From Bacillales bacterium UBA3207 (GTDB lineage Bacteria > Bacillota_I > Bacilli_A > RFN20 > CAG-826), in assembly GCA_002363735.1 (NCBI GenBank), contig DEWP01000017.1, positions 63,393 to 127,392 of the forward strand: a stretch of DNA of 64,000 nt. Direction: 5' to 3'. A program made the position numbers and the translations under genes. Under the pieces are notes generated by a model. The model had not been told where the DNA came from and made no database searches. It saw only the letters and a program-made list of their open reading frames with translations. Below, in pieces: positions 31,068 through 41,916 of the stretch (the stretch's first letter is position 1; each line of letters starts with the position of its first letter).

Positions 31068-31076
31068 AATTACTCC

Positions 31077-31421
31077 TTATTTTTCAATATTTTTTGTAGC
31101 GATAATATTTATTCCAGTTTGAGCAATGTTTCTAACCACGATATCTCCAATATGAACTGGAGCTTCGACATTTACTTCATCGAGTTCACGCACTGCTTCA
31201 AAGACTTTTTCTTTTGGAAGAGGTTCACTTGATTTAACAGGTAAACGTCTTTCTAAAGTACTTTGTACTTTGACAGTTGAAGTTAATGTACGAACAGGAT
31301 GAGTAAGTTCGTTTTTAGCATAAATTGCTCCGCGTGGGCAGAAGTTTCCGGTGACATTGAGATTATCATCAACTTTTAATCGACAACCACGAGGACAATT
31401 AATACAAATTAATTCTCTCAT
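31077..31421 (-). CDS. DUF1667 Cys-rich protein
   Basis: CINCPRGC..GNFCPRG..PVRTLTSTV. Confidence 0.85.
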   Translation of the reverse strand: MRELICINCPRGCRLKVDDNLNVTGNFCPRGAIYAKNELTHPVRTLTSTVKVQSTLERRLPVKSSEPLPKEKVFEAVRELDEVNVEAPVHIGDIVVRNIAQTGINIIATKNIEK

Positions 31422-32674
31422 TTCTTCTCCTCCACACTAACTGTAATGACGTGATCTTCTTTTAAGAAACTTTCTTTTGGTAGATAAACAATTTCCATTT
31501 CAGAAGGAACAATCGCTGGTTTAATAATTCTTTTAATTAAACGTTCACCTTCTTTAATATTGATCACGATATCTTTAAATGGTTTAGCAACACGGAATTT
31601 TAATGATACTTTTTCACTAGCATCGTCTAAATCAAGAACTTGCGGAACGACGTAGCCAATTCCAAATCCTTGTTTAATTTCGTATTTAAAACCATTGTGT
31701 TTTGTTTGCTTATTGAGATATTTCGCCGCTCCAACAGCAGCTTCTCTAGCTTCGCTAACAACATAATCAACTAGATCATGAACGTGTAAAACATTACCAG
31801 CTGAGAAGATACCTGGAATTTCGGTTTCCATATCTTGATTAACCATTGCTCCTCTTGTTTTTGAGAATTTGATTCCAAGGTTATTGAATAAGTCATTATT
31901 TGGAATCAATCCAACAGAAAGGAGTAATGTATCACAGTCAAATTCCATTTCAGTTCCTGGAATAAACTTCATTTTGTCATCAACTTTCGCGATGACGACT
32001 TTTTCAACTCGATTTTTACCACGTACTTCTTTCACAGTATGCGATAAATAAAGTGGAATATTAAAATCTTGTAAACATTGGACTATGTTTCGGTTTAATC
32101 CAGCAGAATATGGCATGAGTTCAGCAACACCAAGGACTTTTGCGCCTTCAAGTGTCATTCTTCGTGCCATAATTAAGCCGATATCACCACTACCAAGGAT
32201 AAAGACTTTCTTACCGACTAAATAACCGTAACAGTTTAAATATAACTGTGCTTGGCCCGCTGTATAAACACCAACTGGACGATCTCCAGCAATTTGGATT
32301 GCGCCAGCATTACGTTCATAACAACCAGTCGTTAGAATAATCGCATCAGCTTGAATTTGGACAAGTCCATCTTCTTCGCTAGAATAGGTCACAACTTTAT
32401 CTTTTGATATGGATAAAACATTCGCGTTTAAGCGATATTTAATTCCGAATTCTTTGACTTTATCAGAGAAACGAGACATGAATTCAGGTCCGGTTAATTC
32501 TTCTTTAAATTCATGAAGTCCAAAACCGTTATGAATGCATTGGTTTAAAATACCGCCAAGATAATTATTCTTTTCAAGAATAAGAATATCTTTTTCTCCA
32601 AGTTCATAAGCTTTACATGCGGCTGCCATACCAGCAGAGCCGCCACCAATAATCACTAAGCGATGATGAATCAT
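31418..32674 (-). CDS. FAD/NAD(P)-dependent oxidoreductase (pyridine nucleotide-disulfide family)
   Basis: GGGSAG, GGILNQCIHNGFG, GSGDIGLIMARR, GNVLHVHDLVD. Confidence 0.88.
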   Translation of the reverse strand: MIHHRLVIIGGGSAGMAAACKAYELGEKDILILEKNNYLGGILNQCIHNGFGLHEFKEELTGPEFMSRFSDKVKEFGIKYRLNANVLSISKDKVVTYSSEEDGLVQIQADAIILTTGCYERNAGAIQIAGDRPVGVYTAGQAQLYLNCYGYLVGKKVFILGSGDIGLIMARRMTLEGAKVLGVAELMPYSAGLNRNIVQCLQDFNIPLYLSHTVKEVRGKNRVEKVVIAKVDDKMKFIPGTEMEFDCDTLLLSVGLIPNNDLFNNLGIKFSKTRGAMVNQDMETEIPGIFSAGNVLHVHDLVDYVVSEAREAAVGAAKYLNKQTKHNGFKYEIKQGFGIGYVVPQVLDLDDASEKVSLKFRVAKPFKDIVINIKEGERLIKRIIKPAIVPSEMEIVYLPKESFLKEDHVITVSVEEKK

Positions 32675-34110
32675 TTTTCTTCCCCCTTAGTGCTATATTT
32701 GCAAATTTCACTACCAAGCTTATCGTAGTTAATCTCGGATAATTTCACTCCATAATGTTCAGCTAAAATTTGGATAACTAAAGGTTGACAGAAGCCACCT
32801 TGACATTTTCCAAATCCAGCTCGTGTTCTCTTTTTAAGAGCTTTCACACTATGAGGAGGTACGCTACGAGATAATTCATCTAAGATCTCACCTAAACTAA
32901 CTTTTTCGCAGTTACAAATGATGCGTCCATATGATGGATTTTTCTTAATAAATTCATCTCTTTGAGCTTCATTCATTTCACTAAGATGAGCTCGAGGCGA
33001 AACTTTTCCTGACCAGTTTTCTTTCTTCACTAAAGTTAAAACTTTAGATACTAGTTCATCAACAACATATTCAGCGATTGCTGGAGATGAAACTAAACCA
33101 GGAGATTCAATTCCGCTAGCATTAATAAAGGCTGGATTATCTTTCGCTGGGCCAATCACGAAATCATGAGTTGATGGAGTTGGACGATTACCAGCAAAAA
33201 TACGAATTACTTGATTAAACGGAATGGATGGAACCATTGCTTGAGCTTGAGCACGAACATTATCTAATGTTGGCTTATCGCAAGAAACAGAATCTTTATC
33301 ATCACACCATTCAGATGATGGACCAACAATATAGTTTCCACTAGTTGTTGGAGAAACTAAAATTCCTTTTCCTTTTTCACTTGGAAGAGGGAAAATGACA
33401 TGATTTACAAGGCCTTTTGCATAATGATCAAGAACAAAATATTGTCCTTTACGAGCCTTGATCGAATAAGAAATTGGTTCAATTAAGGAATGAATCTTAT
33501 CTCCATAAATACCAGCACAGTTAATCACAACTTTTGTTTGATATGTGCCTCTTGAAGTAATAACTTCAAAACCTTCCTTTAAACCTTTAATATCTTTTAC
33601 TTCTTCATTAAGATGAAGTTCAACACCTTGGTCCACTGCATTTTCCATGGCGTGGACAACTAAGGTAAATGGATTAACAATGCCAGCGCTAGGAGCAAGT
33701 AGAGCACCTTTAACCTCACTAGATAAATTTGGCTCAAGTTTTAAAACTTCGTCACGAGTGAGTAATTTCACATCGACTCCATTTTCCTTTGAGCGTTTAG
33801 CAAGGTCAGATAGCATTGGAAGTTGTTCATCATAAAGAGCAACCGTTAACGAACCAATTTGTTCAAAATGTACGTCGAGGTCACGACAAAGTTCTGGATA
33901 CATCTTGTTACCAAGAACATTAAATTTTGCTTTTAATGTACCTGGAACTGGATCATAACCAGAGTGAACGATGGCGGAATTCGCCATACTTGTGGCGTTT
34001 CCGACATCGTTCTCTTTCTCTATGACGAGGACATTGAGTTGATATGATGAAAGCTTTCTCGCAATCAGCGAGCCAACACATCCGGCACCAACAACAATGA
34101 CATCAAACAT
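32671..34110 (-). CDS. FAD-dependent oxidoreductase with BFD-like [2Fe-2S] domain (GlpA/LhgO-like)
   Basis: GAGCVG, ANSAIVHSGYD, ICNCE..RAGFGKCQGGFC. Confidence 0.85.
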   Translation of the reverse strand: MFDVIVVGAGCVGSLIARKLSSYQLNVLVIEKENDVGNATSMANSAIVHSGYDPVPGTLKAKFNVLGNKMYPELCRDLDVHFEQIGSLTVALYDEQLPMLSDLAKRSKENGVDVKLLTRDEVLKLEPNLSSEVKGALLAPSAGIVNPFTLVVHAMENAVDQGVELHLNEEVKDIKGLKEGFEVITSRGTYQTKVVINCAGIYGDKIHSLIEPISYSIKARKGQYFVLDHYAKGLVNHVIFPLPSEKGKGILVSPTTSGNYIVGPSSEWCDDKDSVSCDKPTLDNVRAQAQAMVPSIPFNQVIRIFAGNRPTPSTHDFVIGPAKDNPAFINASGIESPGLVSSPAIAEYVVDELVSKVLTLVKKENWSGKVSPRAHLSEMNEAQRDEFIKKNPSYGRIICNCEKVSLGEILDELSRSVPPHSVKALKKRTRAGFGKCQGGFCQPLVIQILAEHYGVKLSEINYDKLGSEICKYSTKGEEK

Positions 34111-34124
34111 ATTGTTAAACCTGA

Positions 34125-36287
34125 TTATTTATGATGTTTTGCTGGTTTTTTACCACCTGAAACAGGTTTTTCAACATAACCAGCTGGTTTTTCGATGAAT
34201 TCACGGTGTGATACTTTCACTTTACCGTGGTCATCGATTTCGCAAACACGAACTTTTAAGACATCTCCGACTTTGACTTTGTCACTTGCTTTTGCAACAT
34301 AACCCCAGTCAAGTCTTGAAACGTGGCATAAACCTTCGGTTGTTCCAAATAATTTTACAAATGCGCCGTAATCTTCGACACGAGTGACTTCAGCATCGTA
34401 GACTTCGCCAACTTTTGCTTCTCTAACGATGTCTTCAATCATCTTTTTGGCTTTGTTAATCATGTCACGGTTCATGTGATAGATCACGATTAAGCCATTG
34501 TCATCGATATCGATTTGGACATTATCACATTGGGCGATAATTTCATTAATCACCTTACCACCAGTTCCGATAACTTCGCGAATCTTATCGACATCAATTT
34601 GCATTTTGTCGAGTTTTGGAGCAAATTCACTGACATCTGGACGTGGAGCATCAATAGCTTTGCTCATAACAGCGCGAATTTCAGCGCGGGCTTTGTGAGC
34701 TTGAGCAAGAGCTTGACGTAAAACTTCACGAGTAACACCAGCAATCTTAATATCCATTTGAAGAGCTGTAATACCAACTTCGGTACCAGCAACTTTGAAG
34801 TCCATATCACCGAAATGGTCTTCTAAACCTTGAATATCAGTGAGAATTGTATATGGATTTGTATCAAGTGAGCCAGTTGAAATAAGACCCATAGCGATAC
34901 CACTGACCATACGACGAATTGGGACACCAGCAGCCATTAAGGACATACATCCAGCACAAATAGAAGCTTGTGAAGATGAACCATTAGATTCGTAAACTTC
35001 ACTGACAACACGAATTGTGTATGGGAATTCTTCTTCTGAAGGAATGACGTAGGAAAGAGCTCTTTCGCCAAGGGCACCGTGGCCGATTTCACGACGAGCA
35101 AGAACACCAATCTTACCAGTTCCACCAACACACCATTGTGGGAAGTTATAGTGATGCATGAATCGTTTAGATTCTTCAGGTGTCAAATCATCAATGATTT
35201 GTTTATCACTTAAAGGTCCAAGTGTGGTTGTTGAGATAACTTGGGTTTGACCACGAGTAAACATGGCAGAACCATGGACACGACGTCCTAAGATGTCAAC
35301 TTGGGCATCAAGTGGACGGAGTTCATCTGGTTTACGGCCATCTGGTCTAATCTTATCTTCAGCAATTAAACGACGAACTTCTTGGTGAACGATATCTTCT
35401 TGAATTTCATGAACTTGTTGAACTGTTTTAGCATCAGCACCATTAGCGGCGTATTCTTCTTCAGTTTCTTTTTCAATAGCTTCAATTTTTTCTTCACGTT
35501 CAAGTTTGTCTTTTGTGGAGACGGCTTTACGTAATTTCTTATCAACTTTTTCTGTAACTTCTGCACGTAAATCTTCTGGAATTACTTTGAATTGAATGTC
35601 TTTGTTCTTTTCAACACCAATTTTCTTGATAATTTCTTTTTGGAAACGGCAGAGTTTCTTAACAGCTTCATGACCAAACATTAAAGCGTCAAGCATATCT
35701 TCTTCGCTAACTTCGTTAGCACCAGCTTCAACCATGTTGATAGCTTCTTCTGTACCAGCGACACAAAGATCGATGTCACTGACTTTACGTTGTTCAACTG
35801 TTGGGTTGATGACAAGTTTTCCATCAACACGTCCGACGTAAACACCAGCGATTGGTCCATTAAATGGAACATCAGAGATGCAAACGCAGAGGGAAGATCC
35901 AAACATTGCCGTAATTTCTGGGGAATTATCATAGTCAACTGCCATAACTTGGGAGACGACTTGAACTTCATTACGGAATCCTTCTGGGAAAAGTGGACGC
36001 ATAGTTCTATCGGTAATACGACTTGCTAAGATAGCATGTGAACTTGGTCGACTTTCACGACGGAGGAAGCCACCAGGAATTTTACCAGCAGCATACATTC
36101 TTTCTTGGTACTCCACACTTAATGGGAAGAAATCCCAGTCAACAGTGTGTTTGGACATTGTGACGTTAGAAGTAACGACAGTGTCACCATAGCGCACCAA
36201 AACGCAACCACGTGTTTGTTTACCGATTTCACCGGCTTCAACAACGAGCTTGCGACCATCGAAATCTAATTCGAATGTTTTTTTCAT
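34125..36287 (-). CDS. pnp: Polyribonucleotide nucleotidyltransferase
   Basis: FFPLSVEY, GKIPGGF, RREIGHG, SNGSSS, GDMDFKVAGT, KH and S1 domains. Confidence 0.98.
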   Translation of the reverse strand: MKKTFELDFDGRKLVVEAGEIGKQTRGCVLVRYGDTVVTSNVTMSKHTVDWDFFPLSVEYQERMYAAGKIPGGFLRRESRPSSHAILASRITDRTMRPLFPEGFRNEVQVVSQVMAVDYDNSPEITAMFGSSLCVCISDVPFNGPIAGVYVGRVDGKLVINPTVEQRKVSDIDLCVAGTEEAINMVEAGANEVSEEDMLDALMFGHEAVKKLCRFQKEIIKKIGVEKNKDIQFKVIPEDLRAEVTEKVDKKLRKAVSTKDKLEREEKIEAIEKETEEEYAANGADAKTVQQVHEIQEDIVHQEVRRLIAEDKIRPDGRKPDELRPLDAQVDILGRRVHGSAMFTRGQTQVISTTTLGPLSDKQIIDDLTPEESKRFMHHYNFPQWCVGGTGKIGVLARREIGHGALGERALSYVIPSEEEFPYTIRVVSEVYESNGSSSQASICAGCMSLMAAGVPIRRMVSGIAMGLISTGSLDTNPYTILTDIQGLEDHFGDMDFKVAGTEVGITALQMDIKIAGVTREVLRQALAQAHKARAEIRAVMSKAIDAPRPDVSEFAPKLDKMQIDVDKIREVIGTGGKVINEIIAQCDNVQIDIDDNGLIVIYHMNRDMINKAKKMIEDIVREAKVGEVYDAEVTRVEDYGAFVKLFGTTEGLCHVSRLDWGYVAKASDKVKVGDVLKVRVCEIDDHGKVKVSHREFIEKPAGYVEKPVSGGKKPAKHHK

Positions 36288-36366
36288 TAATTTATTTTCT
36301 CCTTTTTAAAAACTATTAAAATTTTAACATAAATGTTAGATGAATAATACAATAAATTCAAAAAAG

Positions 36367-36390
36367 AAAACACCATACTAAGTATGGTGT
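36367..36390 (-). terminator. Terminator after rpsO
   Basis: AAAACACCATAC-TAA-GTATGGTGT. Confidence 0.75.
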
Positions 36391-36411
36391 AACTTTTCAT
36401 AAGTACTAAAC

Positions 36412-36678
36412 TTATTTACGGATTGATAATTCGGCTAAGAGTTTAGCGTAAGCATCACGGTCAGTGCGATTTAAGTAATCGAGTAAACCACGACGTTTAC
36501 CAACTAAGACGAATAATCCACGTCTGCCAGAAGCATCTTTTTTGTTTTTCTTAAGGTGCTTTGTGAGTTCGTTAATTTGTTCAGTAAGAAGAGCGATTTG
36601 GACTTCGACAGAGCCGGTGTCTTTTTCGTTCTTACCGTATTTCTTAACGATTTCGGCAATTTTTTCTTTGGATAACAT
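36412..36678 (-). CDS. rpsO: 30S ribosomal protein S15
   Basis: [26 protein letters not shown]. Confidence 0.98.
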   Translation of the reverse strand: MLSKEKIAEIVKKYGKNEKDTGSVEVQIALLTEQINELTKHLKKNKKDASGRRGLFVLVGKRRGLLDYLNRTDRDAYAKLLAELSIRK

Positions 36679-36694
36679 GTTTATCCCTCCTTAA

Positions 36695-36757
36695 TATAAC
36701 TTGGCTTAATCCAGGAATAGCGTCGGAGTGCTCGCTAATCTTAGAATAAGTTGCGAC
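36695..36757 (-). promoter_or_regulatory. S15 (rpsO) leader RNA, Firmicute type
   Basis: Minus strand AACTT..TAGCGAGCACTCCGACGCTA..AAGTT structured leader between TATAAT and the GGAGG RBS. Confidence 0.65.
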
Positions 36758-36791
36758 ATCTATTATAATCGAAATCAAAATGATTTCAATA

Positions 36792-37691
36792 TTAATATGT
36801 TGAACCAAAAACAAAACGGATGTCTGATTCGATTTGTTTTTGTAGTTCTTCTAAAGAAGAAAACTTCTTTTCAGGACGAACAAAATCAAGGAATTCAACT
36901 TGGATCGTTTCTGAATAGTTTTCTTTGACATAATTTTCGACATGAATTTCGATGGAAACCTTCTTTGAATCATCAATTGTTGGTTTAACTCCAACGTTTG
37001 TGATGGAGCGATGTGGGATTCCTTCGATGTACGCGATTGTTTTATACACTCCAAACCTTGGAATAACATAAGAATCGGAAGGTTTAACATTCATTGTTCG
37101 AACACCTAAAGTACGTCCGATTTCATTACCATGAATTACTGAGCCAGAAATGAGGTAATTATGGCCGAGCAATCGATTAGCTTCTTTGATGTTTCCTTGT
37201 TCAATGAGATATTTTATATCTCGAGCACTTATTTTTTCATTATGATCAAGCAATAAGTCAGTGACGTTTGTATCAAAATATTCCTTTAATAAATCAGGTG
37301 TTCCTTCACGATTTTTTCCAAAGCGAAAATCGCTTCCGCAGAAGACTTCTTTCACGTTCATTTTTTGCAGCATTTTAATGAAAGAAAGCGGCGACAAATT
37401 CATGAAGTTTTCATCGTTTTCTAAAACATAAAAAGAATCGATTCCCATTCTGGAAACAATACGGAACCGATCATCTAAAGATGTTAGAATTGCTGGTGAT
37501 TTTTGGTTATCGAGAAATAAAGCAAAAGGTTTAGAAAAAGTCATCAAAACTGTAGTAAATTTGGCGTTTTTGACTGCATTTTTTATTAAATATTGATGAC
37601 CTAAATGAATTCCATCAAAATAACCTAAAACAATTGAAATAGGTTCTTTATTTTCTACTGGATTAAATTGATCAAAACGTTTTAATTTCAT
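36792..37691 (-). CDS. ribF: Bifunctional riboflavin kinase/FAD synthetase; start moved to 37691
   Basis: GYFDGIHLGHQ, DFRFGK, GRTLG, NVGVKPT, RPEKKF; ATGA overlap with truB. Confidence 0.95.
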   Translation of the reverse strand: MKLKRFDQFNPVENKEPISIVLGYFDGIHLGHQYLIKNAVKNAKFTTVLMTFSKPFALFLDNQKSPAILTSLDDRFRIVSRMGIDSFYVLENDENFMNLSPLSFIKMLQKMNVKEVFCGSDFRFGKNREGTPDLLKEYFDTNVTDLLLDHNEKISARDIKYLIEQGNIKEANRLLGHNYLISGSVIHGNEIGRTLGVRTMNVKPSDSYVIPRFGVYKTIAYIEGIPHRSITNVGVKPTIDDSKKVSIEIHVENYVKENYSETIQVEFLDFVRPEKKFSSLEELQKQIESDIRFVFGSTY

Positions 37692-38539
37692 CTCAATCCT
37701 CTTAAACAATGATACACCGATTGATGGTCTAATTCATACATCGCGATTGGTCCATCATTATCTTTTATCACAAGTAGGCGATCACTATGCCCCTTAAGAG
37801 ATAAACAAGCTCCATTAAGCGCCTTCTTTAAGTTATCACCTTCAACTAAAACACTTGGAAAATCTTCAAGCATTTTGTCGACCGAAATTAGATTTTCTTC
37901 TTTTACATCCACCGCTCTAACACTGTTTTCAATAGAATACTTACCAATCTTTACACGAGTTAGTTCGATTAAATGCCCAACAGTTCCTAATCTATTAGCA
38001 ATATCTTCAGCAAGAGCACGAACATATGTTCCTTTTGAAACTCGACAAATAAATGTGATTTCATCTAAGCCATTAAAATTAACTAAACCAATCTCAAAAA
38101 CTTCGATTTCTCTTTGTTTTAATTCAAAATCAACATTCTTTCTAGCAAGAGCATAAGCTCTTTCTCCATTGACTTTTAATGCAGAATATTTAGGAGGGGT
38201 TTGTAAAGATTTACCCAAGAATTGCTGGAGAATTTCATTAATTTGATGACGTTCTAATAAAGGAATTTCTTTTTCTTCAATAACGTTACCTTCTAAATCT
38301 CCAGTATCGGTTTTTTGTCCAAGTTTTAGCTTAGCTAAATATGTTTTATCAAGTTGTTCGATAAAAGGAGAAATTTTTGTTGCTCTTCCGCATAAAACAA
38401 TAAGTAAACCTTCCGCAAATGGATCTAGAGTGCCAATATGTCCCATCTTCTTTTCATTTAAAAGACGAGAAATAGTGTTTACTTCTTGCCTTGAAGTTCT
38501 TCCTTTTTCTTTATTTATTAATAACGCGCCTGTAATCAT
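37688..38539 (-). CDS. truB: tRNA pseudouridine(55) synthase
   Basis: GHIGTLDPFAEG, PPKYSALKVNG, SKGTYVR. Confidence 0.96.
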   Translation of the reverse strand: MITGALLINKEKGRTSRQEVNTISRLLNEKKMGHIGTLDPFAEGLLIVLCGRATKISPFIEQLDKTYLAKLKLGQKTDTGDLEGNVIEEKEIPLLERHQINEILQQFLGKSLQTPPKYSALKVNGERAYALARKNVDFELKQREIEVFEIGLVNFNGLDEITFICRVSKGTYVRALAEDIANRLGTVGHLIELTRVKIGKYSIENSVRAVDVKEENLISVDKMLEDFPSVLVEGDNLKKALNGACLSLKGHSDRLLVIKDNDGPIAMYELDHQSVYHCLRGLR

Positions 38540-38574
38540 TTTCAAAATAATGTAAATATTATATGATATTTAGC

Positions 38575-39693
38575 ATGAAAACGATAAGAACGATTTTAGG
38601 ACAAATCCGTAAAGCTGATCAAAAGTTTTCTTTTTTTAATGAAAAAGACCGCATTATGATTGGCGTTTCTGGCGGAAAAGATTCAATGGTTCTTTTATAT
38701 GCTTTAAGCAAATATCAGAAATTTAATTGTGCTAATTTTGAAATCGTTCCCGCTATTCTTGATTTAGGTTTCCCAGGATTTGATGCAGCCGAAATAGAAA
38801 AATACGTTTCTTCAATTGGATTAAAACTTCATGTAATTGATTCCAAAGAAGTTTACCAAATCCTAAAAGCACAACAAAAAGATGCACCACATTTACCTTG
38901 TTCAATTTGTTCAAGAATGAAAAAAGCGGCAATTAATAATGTTGCTCGTGAACTAAATTGCAATAAAGTTGCATTTGCTCATCATGGCGATGATGCTGTT
39001 GAGACATTAATGATGAACCAGATTTTTGGTGGACGATTCGCTACCTTTCAACCAAAAATGTTCTTAGAAAGAAGCGGAATTGAATTTATTCGTCCATTAA
39101 TTCTTTGTCACGAAGATCAAATCATTAAATGTGCCAAAGAAGAAGGGATTCCAGCATTCCCATCTCATTGTCCAAATGATGGAAACACAATGAGAGCTGA
39201 AATGAAACAAATGCTCAAAGAAATTTATCAAAAATATCCAATGGCAAAAAAGAATTATTTTTCCATGTTAGAAAACTATGAAAAAGAGACTCTTTATTAC
39301 CAAGATTATTACTTTAAAATTGAGCGAAAAGATTTATCACTTCATCCAGTCATTTCATTAAAAGATTCACTTCTCGAACAACGCATTAGAAGTCAATTAA
39401 AAATCAATAATTTTGATGATGATCGACAAAGATTTATTATTTACAAAATAAACAAACCTATTGGGGTTTTGTCGATGAAAATAACCAGCAATTCTCGGTT
39501 AATTTGTGATTTAGAGTTTCTTAGAGAATCCAAGAAAAATCGACAAATTGTCCTTCATTATTTAGAAACAACAATCGAACATTTTGATTTAGCTGATGCT
39601 GTGATTTTAGCAAAAAGTAATCACACAGAATTCTACCAAAGTTTAGGTTATAAAAAAGCCCGCCAAGGCGAGCTAATTAAACATTTAAGATAG
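38575..39693 (+). CDS. ttcA: TtcA-family tRNA thiolase (PP-loop) with a C-terminal GNAT-like extension; start moved to 38575
   Basis: SGGKDS, PCSICSRMKK, AHHGDD, IRPL, CP; C-terminal ..EFYQSLGYK. Confidence 0.8.
   Translation: MKTIRTILGQIRKADQKFSFFNEKDRIMIGVSGGKDSMVLLYALSKYQKFNCANFEIVPAILDLGFPGFDAAEIEKYVSSIGLKLHVIDSKEVYQILKAQQKDAPHLPCSICSRMKKAAINNVARELNCNKVAFAHHGDDAVETLMMNQIFGGRFATFQPKMFLERSGIEFIRPLILCHEDQIIKCAKEEGIPAFPSHCPNDGNTMRAEMKQMLKEIYQKYPMAKKNYFSMLENYEKETLYYQDYYFKIERKDLSLHPVISLKDSLLEQRIRSQLKINNFDDDRQRFIIYKINKPIGVLSMKITSNSRLICDLEFLRESKKNRQIVLHYLETTIEHFDLADAVILAKSNHTEFYQSLGYKKARQGELIKHLR
39478..39501 (+). repeat. Dispersed 24-bp motif, copy 1 (inside ttcA)
   Basis: AAAATAACCAGCAATTCTCGGTTA. 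Confidence 0.9.
39652..39674 (-). terminator. Terminator of the rimP-nusA-infB-rbfA operon, embedded in the ttcA 3' coding region
   Basis: Minus strand AGCTCGCC-TT-GGCGGGCT-TTTTT. Confidence 0.65.
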
Positions 39694-39698
39694 AAGAA

Positions 39699-40055
39699 TT
39701 ATTTCTTCATTTTTTGGAGTTGTTCAGACTCCTTTTTTAATACTTCATCAAGACGATTCATTTTTTCATATGTTTCATCGAGATAGAATGTAATTTCTGG
39801 AGTTTTTCTGATATCGATTTTCTTCGCTAAAGAGGAACGAACATAACCACGAGTTTTGTTTAACTCTTCGAGGTTTTGCTTTGGATATTTTGCTCCTAAG
39901 AACGTGACATAAACTCTGGCATAAGAGAAATCACTGCTCACCCAAACTTCACTGACTGTACAAAAGCCAATTTTTGGATTTTTTAATTCGAATTGGATGA
40001 TTTCAGAAATGTTTTTTCCAATAATCGACTGAATTCTTTGTGTACGATCAGCCAT
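39699..40055 (-). CDS. rbfA: Ribosome-binding factor A
   Basis: LKNPKIG..VSSDFSYARVYV..IRKTPEITF. Confidence 0.95.
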   Translation of the reverse strand: MADRTQRIQSIIGKNISEIIQFELKNPKIGFCTVSEVWVSSDFSYARVYVTFLGAKYPKQNLEELNKTRGYVRSSLAKKIDIRKTPEITFYLDETYEKMNRLDEVLKKESEQLQKMKK

Positions 40056-41884
40056 TATTCTTTTTCAACCATTTCGTATGCTTCGATGACATCGTTTTCT
40101 TTAAGGTCATTAAAGTTTTCAATTGTCATACCACATTCGAATCCTTCTTTTACTTCTTTAGCGTCATCTTTAAATCTCTTTAGAGAATTTAATTTTCCTT
40201 CATAGACGATAACACCGTCACGAAGAATACGGACTTTAGAACCCGATTTAATCACACCACTAGTCACATAAGAACCAGCAACAGTACCAATCTTAGAAAT
40301 CTTAATTAAGGAACGGACTTCTGCTTGACCAGTAACTTGTTCGACTTGTTCTTTCTTATACATACCTTTAATAGCGGCTTCCATTTCCTCAGTTAAGGCA
40401 TAAATAATTCGATGTAATCGGATTTCTACACCTTCTTCATCGGCTTTCGCTTGCACCATTGCAGTTGGGCGAACATTAAATCCATAGATAATCGCCTTAG
40501 ATGCGCTAGCAAGCATAATATCGTTATTCGTAATTGCGCCAGCGCTACTATGAATCACGTTAATATGAACTTGATCGTTACTTAATTTATCTAACGAGGC
40601 TTTCACAGCTTCAGCAGAACCTGTTGTATCAGCTTTTAAGACGATATTAACTTCTTGAACTTCGCCATTACTTTCAGTAATTTTTGAGTAAAGCTTTTCT
40701 AAAGTAGCTGCTGCTTGAGTGTTTTGTTCATTTTGTTTTTTGATTAAAGCACGCTTCTCAGCAATTTCACGAGCTTGTTTTTCGGTTGGGAAAGCCATGA
40801 ATTTATCACCAGCATTTGGAACTTCACTTAAACCAATAACAACAACTGGAGTTGAAGGTTTAGCTTCTTTAAGAATCTTTTTATGTTCGTTCGTCATGCG
40901 ACGAATTTTTCCATAAGCTGTTCCAACAACAACATAGTCTTGAAATGATAAAGTACCATTTTGAACAAGTAGAGTTGCTTTTGGACCTTCACCTTTATCA
41001 AGGTTAGCTTCGATAACTGTACCAATCGCGAAACGATTTGGGTTGGCTTTTAATTCTTGCATTTCCGCAACTAAAAGAATTGATTCAAGAAGTTCTTTAA
41101 TTCCAATATTCTTTTTCGCAGAAATTTCACAGCAGATGTTACTTCCACCATATTCTTCTGGAATAATGTCATAAGACATTAATTCAGTTTTAATACGGTT
41201 TGGATCAGCACCTTCCTTATCAATTTTGTTAATGGCGACAATAATTGGAACGCCAGCTGCTTTAGCATGGTCAATGGCCTCAATAGTTTGCGGCATGACA
41301 CCATCATCAGCAGCGACAACTAAAACGACAATATCAGTCACAGCAGCACCACGACTTCTCATCGCAGTAAAAGCTTCGTGTCCTGGAGTGTCAAGGAAAG
41401 TAATTTTTTGTCCATTAATTTCTTTTTGGTAAGCACCAATGGCTTGGGAAATACCACCGACTTCGCTATCGACTAAGTGTGATGAACGAATCGCATCGAT
41501 TAAGGTTGTTTTACCATGGTCGACGTGACCCATAATGGTGACAACAGCTGGACGAGGAAGAAGATCTTCTGGCTTATCAACGATTTCAACTTCTTCAAAT
41601 TGTTCTTCCGAAACAATCTTTTCTTTTTTAAAGTCGAAACCAAATTGTAAGCAGATTAATCCAATTGTTTCATCGTCGAGATTTTGGTTAATTGTCACCA
41701 TCATTTTCTTTTCTAAGAAAAGAAATTTAATAATATCGTTGACATTAATGCCGAGTTCTTTGGCAAGTTCAGCGACATTCATGCTACGGGTGAAAACAAA
41801 CACACCGTTATTGACGCGGTTAGCTGTTTCTTTTTGGTTTTGAGTTGTTGGGATATTGCTTTTACGAAATTCTTTTTTGGCCAT
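40055..41884 (-). CDS. infB: Translation initiation factor IF-2 (short N-terminus)
   Basis: [29 protein letters not shown]. Confidence 0.98.
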   Translation of the reverse strand: MAKKEFRKSNIPTTQNQKETANRVNNGVFVFTRSMNVAELAKELGINVNDIIKFLFLEKKMMVTINQNLDDETIGLICLQFGFDFKKEKIVSEEQFEEVEIVDKPEDLLPRPAVVTIMGHVDHGKTTLIDAIRSSHLVDSEVGGISQAIGAYQKEINGQKITFLDTPGHEAFTAMRSRGAAVTDIVVLVVAADDGVMPQTIEAIDHAKAAGVPIIVAINKIDKEGADPNRIKTELMSYDIIPEEYGGSNICCEISAKKNIGIKELLESILLVAEMQELKANPNRFAIGTVIEANLDKGEGPKATLLVQNGTLSFQDYVVVGTAYGKIRRMTNEHKKILKEAKPSTPVVVIGLSEVPNAGDKFMAFPTEKQAREIAEKRALIKKQNEQNTQAAATLEKLYSKITESNGEVQEVNIVLKADTTGSAEAVKASLDKLSNDQVHINVIHSSAGAITNNDIMLASASKAIIYGFNVRPTAMVQAKADEEGVEIRLHRIIYALTEEMEAAIKGMYKKEQVEQVTGQAEVRSLIKISKIGTVAGSYVTSGVIKSGSKVRILRDGVIVYEGKLNSLKRFKDDAKEVKEGFECGMTIENFNDLKENDVIEAYEMVEKE

Positions 41885-41916
41885 ATCTAACTTCCTCCTT
41901 ACTTAGTCAAACGAGA

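Noticed and set aside
37480..37503. Possible fifth copy of the 24-bp motif (minus strand AAAATCACCAGCAATTCTAACATC)
   Set aside because: Left arm only; CGGTTA is absent.
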